Positions 30,372 to 40,938 of a stretch of 64,000 nucleotides of DNA are shown one piece after another. Origin of the DNA: Acidobacteriota bacterium (GTDB lineage: Bacteria > Acidobacteriota > UBA890 > WLXD01); NCBI GenBank assembly GCA_965205505.1, contig CBDBHB010000009.1:288001-352000 (forward strand). Direction: 5' to 3'. The position numbers and the translations under genes were made by a program. Under the pieces are notes generated by a model. The model was given only the letters and a program-made list of their open reading frames with translations, made no database searches and was not told where the DNA came from. Position 1 is the first letter of the stretch; the number at the start of each line of letters is the position of its first letter.

Positions 30372-31430
30372 ATGCAGTGGCAGCTGAGGCAGGCGTGGCC
30401 GAAGGCGCGGATATTCGTCCCGGCGCTGACGTTGGCCCTGGTGATGTTGTTGGTGGCTTTCGTCGGGGCGCAGCGCAGCACGCGGCTGCGCGGTGTCGTT
30501 GTCGATGCGGCCGGAGAGCCGCTCGAGGGCGTCGCCGTGACTTCGGTTAACGAGAATTTCGCGCCTGGCAGGTTCACCGCCGTGACCGACGATCGCGGTC
30601 AGTGGGCGATGATCGGTTTTGGCGACCGCACGGCTCCGTGGAATTTCGCGTTCGAGCTCGAAGGCTATGTCACGGTGCAGGTGAGCCAATGCGTCAAGCC
30701 GCTGGCTCGAAGGTGTCGTGCGGGTGCGGCGGCGGTGACCACTTGTACCGATAGCTTCGGGGCGACGGGTGGCGCCTGTAACGCCGACCTCGACGTGACG
30801 TTGCAGCAGATGACCGAGAGTGGTGCCACCGACGCTGGCGGCGGTGTGGGGGACGAGTCCATCAATGCCGACAACTACTGGAACGGTGTCGCCGCGTTCG
30901 AATCCGACGATTTCGCCGGTGCCGTGGAGAGCTGGCAGGCCTTCGTAGTTGACAACCCCGACAACTTCGCGGTTTGGCTGCGCCTTGCCGAAGCCTATGT
31001 TCGAGTGGACAGCATCGCGCCGGCGCAAGCCGCCTACCAGCGGGTGCTGGTGTTGTCGCCCGAACACCAGACCGCATTGTTCATGCTGGCGAGCCTGAGC
31101 TCCAACGCCGGAGATCTGGAAACGGCGCTCGACTATTTCGAACGGGTCATCGTCCAAGACCCCGAGAACGCCTCGCTCTACTACAACATCGGAGAGATCT
31201 ACTTCCAGCAGAGCCGTGCCGCCGAGGCCGTTTCCTTCTACTCGCGGGCACTCGAGGTCGATCCGCAGTACAGCGTCGCCTACAAGCAGCTCGGCTTTGC
31301 CCATGTGAACAGCGGTCAGATGGAGCAGGCGATTGCGGCGTTCGAGAGCTACATCGAGATGGTACCCGCAGACGGCGAAGAGGCCGCTATCGTGAACGAC
31401 ATCCTCGCAGCGCTGCGGGAGTCGCAGTAG
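30372..31430 (+). CDS. Carboxypeptidase-regulatory-like domain + TPR protein, secreted
   Basis: LRGVVVDAAGEPLEGV; TDDRGQW; multiple TPRs. Confidence 0.85.
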   Translation: MQWQLRQAWPKARIFVPALTLALVMLLVAFVGAQRSTRLRGVVVDAAGEPLEGVAVTSVNENFAPGRFTAVTDDRGQWAMIGFGDRTAPWNFAFELEGYVTVQVSQCVKPLARRCRAGAAAVTTCTDSFGATGGACNADLDVTLQQMTESGATDAGGGVGDESINADNYWNGVAAFESDDFAGAVESWQAFVVDNPDNFAVWLRLAEAYVRVDSIAPAQAAYQRVLVLSPEHQTALFMLASLSSNAGDLETALDYFERVIVQDPENASLYYNIGEIYFQQSRAAEAVSFYSRALEVDPQYSVAYKQLGFAHVNSGQMEQAIAAFESYIEMVPADGEEAAIVNDILAALRESQ

Positions 31431-31433
31431 AGC

Positions 31434-33686
31434 ATGAGTCCGAGTCCTTCGCGCCCGGCAGCCGGAGCCGGGCGGTGCGCCGGTCGGATCGGCCTGGCGA
31501 TCGCGGTCGTGATGGGGCTGAGCAGCTTCGGCACGATGGTCGGCGCAAATGTCCGGGCCGCCGGTGCGTTGTCTGCACATCAGGTCGATCTGAATGCCTA
31601 TCCGAAGCTCCGATCGCGCGACCTACCAGAGCGTTTCCGGGTCTGGCTCGAGGAGGAGGTTGTCTGGATCATCACCGAGCCCGAGCGCGATGTGTTCCTC
31701 CGTCTCGACTCCGACGAGAAGCGTGATCGGTTCGTCGATGCGTTTTGGGAGCGTCGAGACCCTACCCCGGGGACGCCGCGCAACGAGTACGTTCCGATTC
31801 ACTACGAGCGGCTGGCGTATGCCACTCGTCAGTTCGGCCGCGTCTCTCCGGGGCCTGGCTGGCGCACCGACATGGGCCGTATCTACGTGTTGCTCGGCGA
31901 GCCTCAAACTCGCTCACGACACCACAACGACGCCAACCTATACCCGGTCGAGGTCTGGTTCTATCAGATGGATCCGCGCCTGGGAGTTCCGACCTTTTTC
32001 TACGTCATGTTCTTCCGCGAGCAGGGTATGGGCGAGTTCGAGCTCTACAGTCCTGTCGCCGACGGCCCCGAGCGACTCCTCAACCCGACCGGCCGCAATT
32101 CGGTACGGCAGCAAGGTGGCCTCGGCCAGCAGGGCTTCGGAATGGGAGGCCTTGTCAGCGGTGGTCCGGGGACCTACAACTTGTTGCGGCTGGTCAACCC
32201 CGACCTCGCCGAGGCGGCGTTCAGCCTGATTCCCGGCGAGGCGCGACTCGGGTCGCCGCTCCGATCCGACAGTCTGATCGCCGACATCCTCGAGATTCCC
32301 GACCTCATGGTCCCAACGATCGAGTGGGCTTATCCCATCCTCACCGGAGCCACGGAGACCGAGGTGCGGTTCGAGACTCTCGATATCGACGTGCGAGCCA
32401 TCGGCTGGCTCGATCCCGACGGCCGGCCGTTCGTCAGCTACGTGGCGCGGGCGCCGGGACCAGGGCTCAACCTCGGCGAGCACGAGGGCAATCACTACAT
32501 GACCCTCTCGGTGGGCACGTACTTGCTCGACGAAGCCCGGCGCGTGCTCGAGGGACCGCCGCCGCGCCTCATTCAGAGCAGCCTGCCCGAGGGTGCGCTC
32601 GAGCGCGCCCGCGCCGGGTCGCTGATGTATGTCGACCGGATTCCGGCCATCCATGGATCCTTGCAGGTGGAGCTGGTGCTCGAAAACAACGTCAGCCACG
32701 AGTACGGCGAGATCGGCACGCCTGCCATGGTGCCCATCCCCGATCCTGTGTCGGTCACCCTCGGGCAGCCGATCTTGTGCGCCGATGTGCGGCCGCTCGG
32801 CGCCGCCTACGATCCGTTCGGAGCTCAACTGCCATTCCAGGTCGGTCAATTGGCGATGACCCCTACGATCGACGGGCCGTTCCCCGTCGGAGGGCAGCTG
32901 TACGTGTTTCATCAAGTGTTGCTGCCGGAGGGGCACACCGAGATTGTCAACGTGTCCTACACGGTCCACGACGACGCTGGGCGCATGGTCAGCGTGAAAC
33001 AGATCTCGATCCGGCCCGATGGAGTGGATCGTTTCGGGGTCGTCAATCAGCTCACCGGCATCACGCTCGACGTCGATCCGGGCGCCTACTCGTTGACGGT
33101 GTCGATCGTTGGCCAGGCCGCCGGGGATGGCTTGCCGTTTTTCGTGCGCCGCGAGGTTCAGCGTCCCATCGTGCACGCTGCAGCGACACCTCCGCCTACC
33201 GACCCGAGGTCGCTGGTGCGGCGTGCCGCGATCCTGCGGGTGGTCGGCAATACCGAGCAGGCGATCGCTCTGGTTGACGACGCTCTGTTGCGGGAGCCGG
33301 ACCTGTATGCGGCGTTGCAGCTGCAGATCGAGCTGCTGCGCGACGGCGGCCATCACGAGGCCCTCGAGGAGCTCCTCATCGAGCGTCTCGTTGACGCTCC
33401 GCACGATCTGGAGCTGCTGTTGCTGCTGGCCGAGGCCACGGCGCGACAGGGGAAGCACTACGACGCCATTCGCTTCTACGAGCGCGCCGTACTGGAACGT
33501 AGCGACAGCGTCGACGTGCTCAACTCGCTGGCCGCCGAGTACCTCGCAGAGAACGAGGCGGGGGAGCCGGCGAATCTGCAGCGCGCCATCGAGATCCTGT
33601 CGCGCTCGCTGACGCTTGACGACGGCCAAGTCGGCGTGAGAGCGACGCTCGAACGGGCGCAGGCGGCGCAGCAAGCGAGCCAGTAG
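31434..33686 (+). CDS. GWxTD domain protein with C-terminal TPRs
   Basis: WLEEEVVWIITEPE...FWERRDPTPGTPRNE...GWRTDMGRIYVLLGEP. Confidence 0.9.
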   Translation: MSPSPSRPAAGAGRCAGRIGLAIAVVMGLSSFGTMVGANVRAAGALSAHQVDLNAYPKLRSRDLPERFRVWLEEEVVWIITEPERDVFLRLDSDEKRDRFVDAFWERRDPTPGTPRNEYVPIHYERLAYATRQFGRVSPGPGWRTDMGRIYVLLGEPQTRSRHHNDANLYPVEVWFYQMDPRLGVPTFFYVMFFREQGMGEFELYSPVADGPERLLNPTGRNSVRQQGGLGQQGFGMGGLVSGGPGTYNLLRLVNPDLAEAAFSLIPGEARLGSPLRSDSLIADILEIPDLMVPTIEWAYPILTGATETEVRFETLDIDVRAIGWLDPDGRPFVSYVARAPGPGLNLGEHEGNHYMTLSVGTYLLDEARRVLEGPPPRLIQSSLPEGALERARAGSLMYVDRIPAIHGSLQVELVLENNVSHEYGEIGTPAMVPIPDPVSVTLGQPILCADVRPLGAAYDPFGAQLPFQVGQLAMTPTIDGPFPVGGQLYVFHQVLLPEGHTEIVNVSYTVHDDAGRMVSVKQISIRPDGVDRFGVVNQLTGITLDVDPGAYSLTVSIVGQAAGDGLPFFVRREVQRPIVHAAATPPPTDPRSLVRRAAILRVVGNTEQAIALVDDALLREPDLYAALQLQIELLRDGGHHEALEELLIERLVDAPHDLELLLLLAEATARQGKHYDAIRFYERAVLERSDSVDVLNSLAAEYLAENEAGEPANLQRAIEILSRSLTLDDGQVGVRATLERAQAAQQASQ

Positions 33687-33843
33687 CGATCGACCGCGTC
33701 ACCGCCGCAGGCCCGCGGATGCTATTGCTTTGTGTATACGATATTGTGTCGACGATTTTCCAGCACTTAGCGCGACCAGGCAGATGTACCGTTTGGCATC
33801 GCCTGTGTCAGGCCGCCTTCCATCTGGCCCCAACTCGCCGTAA

Positions 33844-33877
33844 CCAGACCCACCACACTTTCACCACGGCCTGCTAG
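33844..33877. repeat. Third copy of the 25.2-kb repeat arm
   Basis: CCAGACCCACCACACTTTCACCACGGCCTGCTAG matches the reverse complement of 25223-25256 with two mismatches. Confidence 0.7.
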
Positions 33878-33882
33878 AGCCC

Positions 33883-35391
33883 ATGAACCCCGAGCCGATC
33901 CACGAGGCGGTCGTTGCCGAGCTTCGCAACGAGGGATTCACCCGTTCCAAAGTGATGGAGTGGGCCGGGGCCATGACTGACGTTTACGGACCCAGGTACG
34001 CGAACTCTCCCTCGTATGACGCGGCGGCCGAGTGGGCGCGCCAGACTTTCGAGAGCTTCGGTCTGGCAGCCACCCTCGAAGCGTGGGGCGAGTACGGCTA
34101 CGGATGGGAAAACGAGTACACCTCCGTTCACCTGACCAAGCCGCGCTATCAGCCGGTAATCGCCTATCCGGTGCCTGGCACGGCGAGCACCAGCGGGACG
34201 GTGACCACTGGGGTGGCGTTGCTGGACACCACACAGATCTCCGATGCCTCGGACCTGGAGGCCTATCGCGGCAAGCTTTCCGGTCAGAGCGTCTTCACGC
34301 AGCCGGAGCGCCGGTTGGAGATGAGCTTCGAGCCGCAGGCGGTTCGCCTGTCGGACGAGGAGCTGCGGGAGATGGCGCGCCTCGACACCGAGCATCCTGC
34401 GGACGAGCCGCGGTGCGGAGATAGCGCGAGCGCGCGTCAGCCAATGTTGCCGCAGTGGATGCAGCAATTCTTCCGTGACGAGGGCGTGGTGGCCCTGATG
34501 GCGCCCGGCCAGGCCAACGTCGGACCGATGGACAAGGGGTTGGTTGCCGTTACCGGCGACGGTGCCCTTCCCTTGGGGGAGGAGCCGGGGCTCCCGTCGC
34601 TGGTACTGGCGGCAGAGCACTACAACCGCGTCGTGCGGCTAGTTGGCCGCGGCATCGAGCCCGAGATGCAGATCGAGGTGCGCAATGCGTTCCACGACGA
34701 TGACCCGCTCGACTACAACGTGCTGGCGGAGCTACCGGGCGGCGACCTGGCGTCGGAGGTGGTGATGATCGGGGCGCATTTTGACTCGGAGCCGGCTGGA
34801 ACTGGTGCCACCGACAACGCCGCCGGCAGCGCCATCGTCATGGAGGCCATGCGCCTTCTCGCGGCGGTCGATGCGAAGCCGCGGCGGACCATCCGCGCAG
34901 CGCTCTGGGGCGCCGAGGAGTCGGGGATGCTGGGCTCGCGAGGCTACGTTGCCAAGCATCTAGGCAACCGCGACACCGGGGAGCGGCGACCGGAGCACGC
35001 CAACCATTACGTGTACTTCAACGTCGACTGGTACGGTCGCTTTCGCGGTATCTTCCTGCAAGGCAACCACGAGGCCCGGCCGATCTTCGAGGCCTGGATG
35101 CGGCCGTTCCACGACGTCGGCATGAAGTGGATCGTTGCCGGCAACACCGGCGGCACCGACCACATGGCGTTTCAAGAGGTCGGGCTGCCCGGCTTCCAGT
35201 TCATTCAAGACGATCTCGAGTTCTTCAACGTGTCATTCCACACCAACATGGACGTGTACGACCGGCTCGTTGCGGAAGATCTCGAGCAAGCGTCGGTAAT
35301 CCTGGCGAGCTTCGCCTATCACGCCGCGACGCGCGAGGGCTCCTTTCCCCACGCAGACGGCCTGAACAACAAACGGCGGTGGCACAAGTAA
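33883..35391 (+). CDS. M28-family (amino/carboxy)peptidase
   Basis: GAHFDS, GATDNAAG, WGAEESG, GGTDH, HTNMDVYD. Confidence 0.9.
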   Translation: MNPEPIHEAVVAELRNEGFTRSKVMEWAGAMTDVYGPRYANSPSYDAAAEWARQTFESFGLAATLEAWGEYGYGWENEYTSVHLTKPRYQPVIAYPVPGTASTSGTVTTGVALLDTTQISDASDLEAYRGKLSGQSVFTQPERRLEMSFEPQAVRLSDEELREMARLDTEHPADEPRCGDSASARQPMLPQWMQQFFRDEGVVALMAPGQANVGPMDKGLVAVTGDGALPLGEEPGLPSLVLAAEHYNRVVRLVGRGIEPEMQIEVRNAFHDDDPLDYNVLAELPGGDLASEVVMIGAHFDSEPAGTGATDNAAGSAIVMEAMRLLAAVDAKPRRTIRAALWGAEESGMLGSRGYVAKHLGNRDTGERRPEHANHYVYFNVDWYGRFRGIFLQGNHEARPIFEAWMRPFHDVGMKWIVAGNTGGTDHMAFQEVGLPGFQFIQDDLEFFNVSFHTNMDVYDRLVAEDLEQASVILASFAYHAATREGSFPHADGLNNKRRWHK

Positions 35392-36431
35392 TGGAATATC
35401 GAAGCCTCGGACGAACCGGCGCCAAGGTGGCGCCTCTGGCGCTTGGCACCGACAACTTCATGGACCCGACCCCGGAGGAGGATTGCGAGCGCATTCTCCT
35501 CACCGCCCTGGCCGCGGGCATCAATCTGGTCGACACGGGCGACGTCTACGCCGACGGTGAGGGCGAGCGGGTTCTGGGTCGCATTCTCAAGCGCAGCGGT
35601 CGTCGGCACGAGGTCTTGATCGGCACGAAGTGCGATCACGGTAGGCGTCAGGTGGGCGCAACGCTCGAGGACTACACGGAGCAGATCGGGCCCAACGAGT
35701 ACGGTCACTCGCGGCTCAACATCATCCGTGCCTGTGAGGCGTCGCTGACGCGGCTCGACACCGACTATATCGACCTGTACCAGATGCACCGCCCGTCTCC
35801 CGATATTCCCTTCGAGGAAACGTTGGGGGCGCTTCACGACCTCGTGACGCAGGGCAAGATCCGCTACATCGGCTGCTCTACCCACCCCGCCTGGATGGTC
35901 ATGGAGTCGATCGGCGTCAGCAAGGCGCGCGGCTGGGCGCGATACGTGTCCGAGCAGCCGCCATACAACCTCCTCGATCGGCGCATCGAGAACGAGCTCA
36001 TTCCGATGTGTCAGCGCCATGGCGTTGGCCTGATCACCTGGGCACCGATGGCGATGGGTGTATTGGCCGGTCGATACAAGAGTCACGACGACTACCCGGC
36101 CGAGTCTCGCGCTGCCCTGCGCGGCGGCTTCTACGCCGATCGCGTAACGCTTCGTGGCGTGGAGGTCGGCATCGAGTTCACCAAGATCGCCGAATCAGAG
36201 GGACTCAGCGCTGCCCAGCTGGCGATTCTCTGGTGCAAGGATCAGCCGGGGATTACCGCGCCGCTGATCGGGCCGCGAACGATGCAGCACCTCGAGCCGC
36301 TGCTGCCGGTGCTGGAGATGGATCTGAGCGACGCGGCGCGCCAAGCCTGCGATGATCTCGTGCCGCCCGGCAGCGTAGTCGCCGACTTTCACAACACTGC
36401 TGACTGGATGAAAACGGTAGTCGGCGTGTAG
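35391..36431 (+). CDS. Aldo/keto reductase
   Basis: MEYRSLGRTG, DTGDVY, SLTRLDTDYIDLYQMH, QGKIRYIG, SEQPPYNLL. Confidence 0.92.
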   Translation: MEYRSLGRTGAKVAPLALGTDNFMDPTPEEDCERILLTALAAGINLVDTGDVYADGEGERVLGRILKRSGRRHEVLIGTKCDHGRRQVGATLEDYTEQIGPNEYGHSRLNIIRACEASLTRLDTDYIDLYQMHRPSPDIPFEETLGALHDLVTQGKIRYIGCSTHPAWMVMESIGVSKARGWARYVSEQPPYNLLDRRIENELIPMCQRHGVGLITWAPMAMGVLAGRYKSHDDYPAESRAALRGGFYADRVTLRGVEVGIEFTKIAESEGLSAAQLAILWCKDQPGITAPLIGPRTMQHLEPLLPVLEMDLSDAARQACDDLVPPGSVVADFHNTADWMKTVVGV

Positions 36432-36492
36432 TCGCCGGCCCGATCAGGGGTCGCGCCGAGCGGCGGAAACGAATCGAAACAGGAAGGCAATC

Positions 36493-37557
36493 ATGATGCG
36501 AATCTCCAACGTCATTCACGCTGTCGATACCCACGTGGGCGGTGAACCCGGCCGCGTCATCGTGGGCGGTGTGCTGGATGTTCCCGGCAACACGATGTTC
36601 GAGAAGATGGTCTACCTGGAGACCAAGGCCGACCACATTCGCAAGCGCATGCTGCGCGAGCCGCGTGGCTACCCGGCGGCTAACTGCAACTTGATTCTGC
36701 CAGCGACCGACCCACGAGCCGCCGCCGGTTACGTGATCATGGAGCAAGTCGAGTACCCCGGCATGTCGGGGACCAACACCATCGCGGTGACGACTGTGCT
36801 CATCGAGACCGGCATGGTGCCGTCCACCGAACCGATCACCGAGCTGACGCTGGAATCGCCGGCCGGGCTGATCAAGGTGATCGCCGAGGTCGAGGGCGGC
36901 AAGGTGAAGGGGGTGACGTTCGAGAATGTGCCCGGTTTCGCGGTGCATCTCGATGCCGAGGTCGATGTTCCGGAGCTCGGTAAGGTGGTCGTCGACGTTG
37001 CCTACGGTGGCATGTTCTACGCCATCGCCGACGCCGATCAGCTGGGGCTGACCCTCGCTCCCGACGAGGCCGGGGAGGTCACCCGCGTAGGCGAGATGAT
37101 CAAGACCGCCACCCAAGAGCAGCTCGAGGTGCCGGTTCACCCGGTCAACACGGACATCCGCGGGGTGACGATCGCGCAGCTGTCGGCACCGCCGACCGTA
37201 TCGGGGGCACACCGCAGGAACACGGTGATCGTCTCCACTGGCAAGCTCGATTGGAATCGTCCCGGTACCTGGAAGGGCGTGCTCGACCGCTCACCCTGCG
37301 GCACCGGCACGTGCGCAAAGATGGTGGCTATGTGGGCCAAGGGCGAGCTGCCGCTCGATCAGGACTTCGTCCACGAGGGAATCCTCGGCACCACGTTCAC
37401 CGGGCGTCTGGTGCGCGAGACGACGCTGGGCGAGCTCCCGGCGGTCGTGCCGACGATCCGCGGTACGGCGTGGATTACCGGTACGGCGCAATATGTCGTC
37501 GATGACGACGATCCCTTCCCCGACGGCTTCACGGTTGGGGACATCTGGGGTGGGTGA
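36493..37557 (+). CDS. Proline racemase family protein (Ser/Cys catalytic pair)
   Basis: DTHVGGEP, EPRG, PGMSGTN, DVAYGG, DRSPCGTGT. Confidence 0.9.
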   Translation: MMRISNVIHAVDTHVGGEPGRVIVGGVLDVPGNTMFEKMVYLETKADHIRKRMLREPRGYPAANCNLILPATDPRAAAGYVIMEQVEYPGMSGTNTIAVTTVLIETGMVPSTEPITELTLESPAGLIKVIAEVEGGKVKGVTFENVPGFAVHLDAEVDVPELGKVVVDVAYGGMFYAIADADQLGLTLAPDEAGEVTRVGEMIKTATQEQLEVPVHPVNTDIRGVTIAQLSAPPTVSGAHRRNTVIVSTGKLDWNRPGTWKGVLDRSPCGTGTCAKMVAMWAKGELPLDQDFVHEGILGTTFTGRLVRETTLGELPAVVPTIRGTAWITGTAQYVVDDDDPFPDGFTVGDIWGG

Positions 37558-37559
37558 GG

Positions 37560-38339
37560 ATGACTGACGGTGCGGAAAAGCAGGTCACGAGCATGAGCGA
37601 AGAACGAGTCATGGTCATTACCGGAGCCTCGAGCGGTCTGGGCGCTGCAAGCGCCGAGTATTTCGCCGCCAAGGGCTACCGGATCGTCATGGGCTACATC
37701 GTCGATCACGAGGCAGAGACGGTCCACGAAGCGATCAGCTCGCAGGTGGGTGCTAATCGAGTAATCAAGTGCAAGGCCGACGTTGCCAACCGCGAACAGG
37801 TGCGAGCGATGTTCGACGATGCCATCGAGGCCTTCGGGCGAGTCGATATTCTGATCAACTTTGCGGGCATCAACCGCGACGCGCCGTTCACCGAGCTCAC
37901 CGACGATATGTGGGACTCGGTAGTGGCGGCGCACCTTCGCGGCACGTTCGTCTGCAGCCAGGAGTTCGTCTTCCACAACCCCGATCGACCGGGCTGCATC
38001 ATCAATCTGGGTGCTGCGTGTGGTCAGGCGGGGCGCAAGAACGGCGCCAACTTCTGCAGCGCAAAGGGCGGGATCTTCGCGCTTACCAAGTGCATGGCGC
38101 AGGAGCTTGGCCCGCGGATACGGGTGAACGCGTTGCTGCCCAACGCCGTCAAGACGCGCGAGGTCATGGAGCGGTATGACCTCGAAGACGAGGCCGGCCT
38201 GGCCAAGGAGGTCGGTACCATGCCGATGGGGCGTCTGGGCGAAGTGGGCGATGTGACCCACATGCTCGACGCCATCATCGGTGCCGAGTTCTCCACTGGT
38301 GCCACTTTCCTGGCCAACGGCGGGCAGTACATGCAGTGA
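37560..38339 (+). CDS. SDR oxidoreductase (atypical active site)
   Basis: ITGASSGLG, INFAGI, NFCSAKGG, IRVNALLP. Confidence 0.88.
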   Translation: MTDGAEKQVTSMSEERVMVITGASSGLGAASAEYFAAKGYRIVMGYIVDHEAETVHEAISSQVGANRVIKCKADVANREQVRAMFDDAIEAFGRVDILINFAGINRDAPFTELTDDMWDSVVAAHLRGTFVCSQEFVFHNPDRPGCIINLGAACGQAGRKNGANFCSAKGGIFALTKCMAQELGPRIRVNALLPNAVKTREVMERYDLEDEAGLAKEVGTMPMGRLGEVGDVTHMLDAIIGAEFSTGATFLANGGQYMQ

Positions 38340-38361
38340 ACCCCAAGAGGGGAGGAGTGCG

Positions 38362-39771
38362 ATGAACAGGATCTGCCGACGCGGCCGTATGCTACGGCTC
38401 GTCGTACTCGGCGCGCTGCTCGGGGCGCTCGCATCTGTCCCGGGCTGGTCGGAGAGCCAGGCGCAGGATCGTGTGCTCAGTACCGCCAACCACGTGATTC
38501 CGCCGTTGCGGGAGCGCGTCCGGATCATGCAGCGCTGGATCGAATGGAAGCTGCAGAACGTGTTGCCGGCGGTGATGCGCGAACAGGGCATCGACCTGTT
38601 TATCGTCCGCAACGACGAGGGCGACCGCTTCTTCAACAACGAGGGCCCGGTCTATAGCTCGCTGATTCCGGCGAACGCCGAGGGTCTCGCCTATGGCAGT
38701 GAGCACGAGCGTGACGGCTCGCAGCGTACGCCGCGCTATCTCGCCTTCCATGTTACCGAGGCGGGGGTGACCTACATCGAGCCGCGCGACTACGAGGCGA
38801 TCTCGGCCCTGGTGAATCAGCTCGACCCCCAGACGATCGCTATCGGCGACCACCTGAACGATCCGATGCTCGAGGCACTGGGGCCCTACTCGGAACGTGC
38901 GGTGTCCTCGTGGACGCTCGGCGTACGCTGGCTCGAGACCATGGCGCCCGATCAGATCAGCGTCTTCAAGCTCGTCCAGGGGGTCGCCAACGACATCATT
39001 GCCGAGGGCTTCTCGAACCGTGTCGTGATTCCCGGCCTGACCACCACCGACGACCTCAACTGGTGGTTCCGCGAGCGCATGGCAGATCTGCATCTGGAGT
39101 ACGAGAACCACCCCAGCATCGGCATCCAGCGCAAGCCGGCCAACATCGCCAAGTACGACGATCCGCCCGAGTACTTCCGCGGCGGGCGCAGTCGAAACGG
39201 CATGACGGTCACCGTGCAGCGGGGCGATATCATCAGCTGCGATAGCGACGTCATGATGTTGGGGCTGGTAACCGATTCGCATCAGCACGCCTATGTGCTC
39301 GAGCTGGGCGAGACCGAGGTACCGCCTGAGCTTGTCGAAGCTCTGGCCACGGTGAACCGCATGCAGGATCTGTTTCGAGCTGAATTCGTTGCCGGTCGCA
39401 CCGGCAAGGAGATCGTCGCCGCGGCCGACCGCATACCGCGCGAGGCCGGCGTGATCGAGAGCGAGCTGGGCTTCCATCCGCCGCCGACCTTCCTGCGTCG
39501 GTACCAGCTCGGCGGCTTCATGTTCGTTACCAAGCCCTACGTCGCCGGCATGACTTCCGGGCCGGGCTACTACCCGACGTCGATCGTCACCAACGATCAC
39601 CGGCTCTACGCCGACACGCTCTACGCTTTCGAGCCCCACACCAGCGTCGCGGTGGAGGGTTGGGGAGAGCACGGAGTCGAGCTTGGCATCGGCCAGATCG
39701 CCTGGTTCGACGGCAAGGAGCTGCGCTACCTGGACCGGCCGCAGGAGAGCCAATGGCACATCATCCGATAG
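38362..39771 (+). CDS. Secreted M24 (Xaa-Pro aminopeptidase-like) protein
   Basis: Signal peptide; LPAVMREQGIDLF, VIPGLTTTDD, GDIISCD, TDSHQHAYVL. Confidence 0.75.
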   Translation: MNRICRRGRMLRLVVLGALLGALASVPGWSESQAQDRVLSTANHVIPPLRERVRIMQRWIEWKLQNVLPAVMREQGIDLFIVRNDEGDRFFNNEGPVYSSLIPANAEGLAYGSEHERDGSQRTPRYLAFHVTEAGVTYIEPRDYEAISALVNQLDPQTIAIGDHLNDPMLEALGPYSERAVSSWTLGVRWLETMAPDQISVFKLVQGVANDIIAEGFSNRVVIPGLTTTDDLNWWFRERMADLHLEYENHPSIGIQRKPANIAKYDDPPEYFRGGRSRNGMTVTVQRGDIISCDSDVMMLGLVTDSHQHAYVLELGETEVPPELVEALATVNRMQDLFRAEFVAGRTGKEIVAAADRIPREAGVIESELGFHPPPTFLRRYQLGGFMFVTKPYVAGMTSGPGYYPTSIVTNDHRLYADTLYAFEPHTSVAVEGWGEHGVELGIGQIAWFDGKELRYLDRPQESQWHIIR

Positions 39772-40766
39772 CGCGCTGCATCGTTCTTCTTACCGCGTGC
39801 TTTTTGTTTCCTTTCGATGCCGAGGCACAGAAAACAGCCGCCGATCTAACCGATGAAGCCAGCAAGCTGGTCAACGAAGGCAGCTACCAACAGGCCATTC
39901 GCGAGGCCGAGCGGGCGCTTCAGGTCGACGGGTCCTACGCACGCGCCTACAACGTGCTCGGATTCGCGCACGGCCGACTCGGCGAGCACGAGCCCGCCGC
40001 CGCCGCCTTCCTGCGTGCCGTAGAGCTGCGACCGGGCTGGGCCGACGCACACCGCATGGCGGCGCTGGCGGCGGCCAACTCGGGTCAGCTGGACATTGCT
40101 TGGGAGCAGGCAATTCGTGCACAGCAATCGGGCCTCGACATGTCGAACGAGATCGATGTGCTGACCGGGATGGGCCCGCCGCCGGACGACCTGGCCGACC
40201 TGCTGGTGGCACCGCGTATCTTTCTGGGGCCGCTGGATCTGTCGGCGTTCGAGGGCTTCAACGAGAACCCCTTCGGCCGCGAGATCCGCACTGGAAACTC
40301 CAGCTTCGGTGCCGCGACCGGCCAGCCGGCGAGCGAAGGATCGCGCAATCTGACCTCGACGCTGTCTCCCGATCCCACCGACGTGACCGCCTGGGCGACG
40401 CAGACCGGCGCACCGATGGTTGCCGAATCCCGCGCCGACCTCGACTTGATGATCTTGGAGTTGGCGCGGGGGCTGTCGGCGAGCATGCAGATCTCGCTGG
40501 TGAGCGACCCCGAGCTGGCCAGCTACGTGCTCGTCGTGGAGGTGGAGAACTTGGCTCGTGGCACTACCGACCAGACCGAAGGACAGACGGCGAGCGGCGA
40601 GCCGAGGTGGATGCAAGGCAACATCGTCATTCGCACCGGTGACGGCGCTCGGGAGGTGCTCCGTCGGCCGTTGCGGCTAACCAATATCGCCAGGGCGTCG
40701 ACGCTGCGCAGCGAGCTGGCGGTAATCCTGAGACAGCTGGCAGTCTGGGCGCGCGAGCAGCGCTGA
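39753..40766 (+). CDS. Secreted TPR protein
   Basis: Signal peptide ending AEAQ; N-terminal TPRs. Confidence 0.7.
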   Translation: MAHHPIARCIVLLTACFLFPFDAEAQKTAADLTDEASKLVNEGSYQQAIREAERALQVDGSYARAYNVLGFAHGRLGEHEPAAAAFLRAVELRPGWADAHRMAALAAANSGQLDIAWEQAIRAQQSGLDMSNEIDVLTGMGPPPDDLADLLVAPRIFLGPLDLSAFEGFNENPFGREIRTGNSSFGAATGQPASEGSRNLTSTLSPDPTDVTAWATQTGAPMVAESRADLDLMILELARGLSASMQISLVSDPELASYVLVVEVENLARGTTDQTEGQTASGEPRWMQGNIVIRTGDGAREVLRRPLRLTNIARASTLRSELAVILRQLAVWAREQR

Positions 40767-40938
40767 CTTGGATCTGCGCCCTTGGCGGCATAGCCACGCC
40801 ATCACACTTTCACCAAGACCCCGCGCCCTCGGTGTGCATCAGGTTTACTCCCGATGCTCGGGCTGCTGCTCGACCCGCGCCACCCGACTAACGAGTGTCG
40901 ATTTGCACCCCGCACCGGACACCAAGAGGACAGATGCG

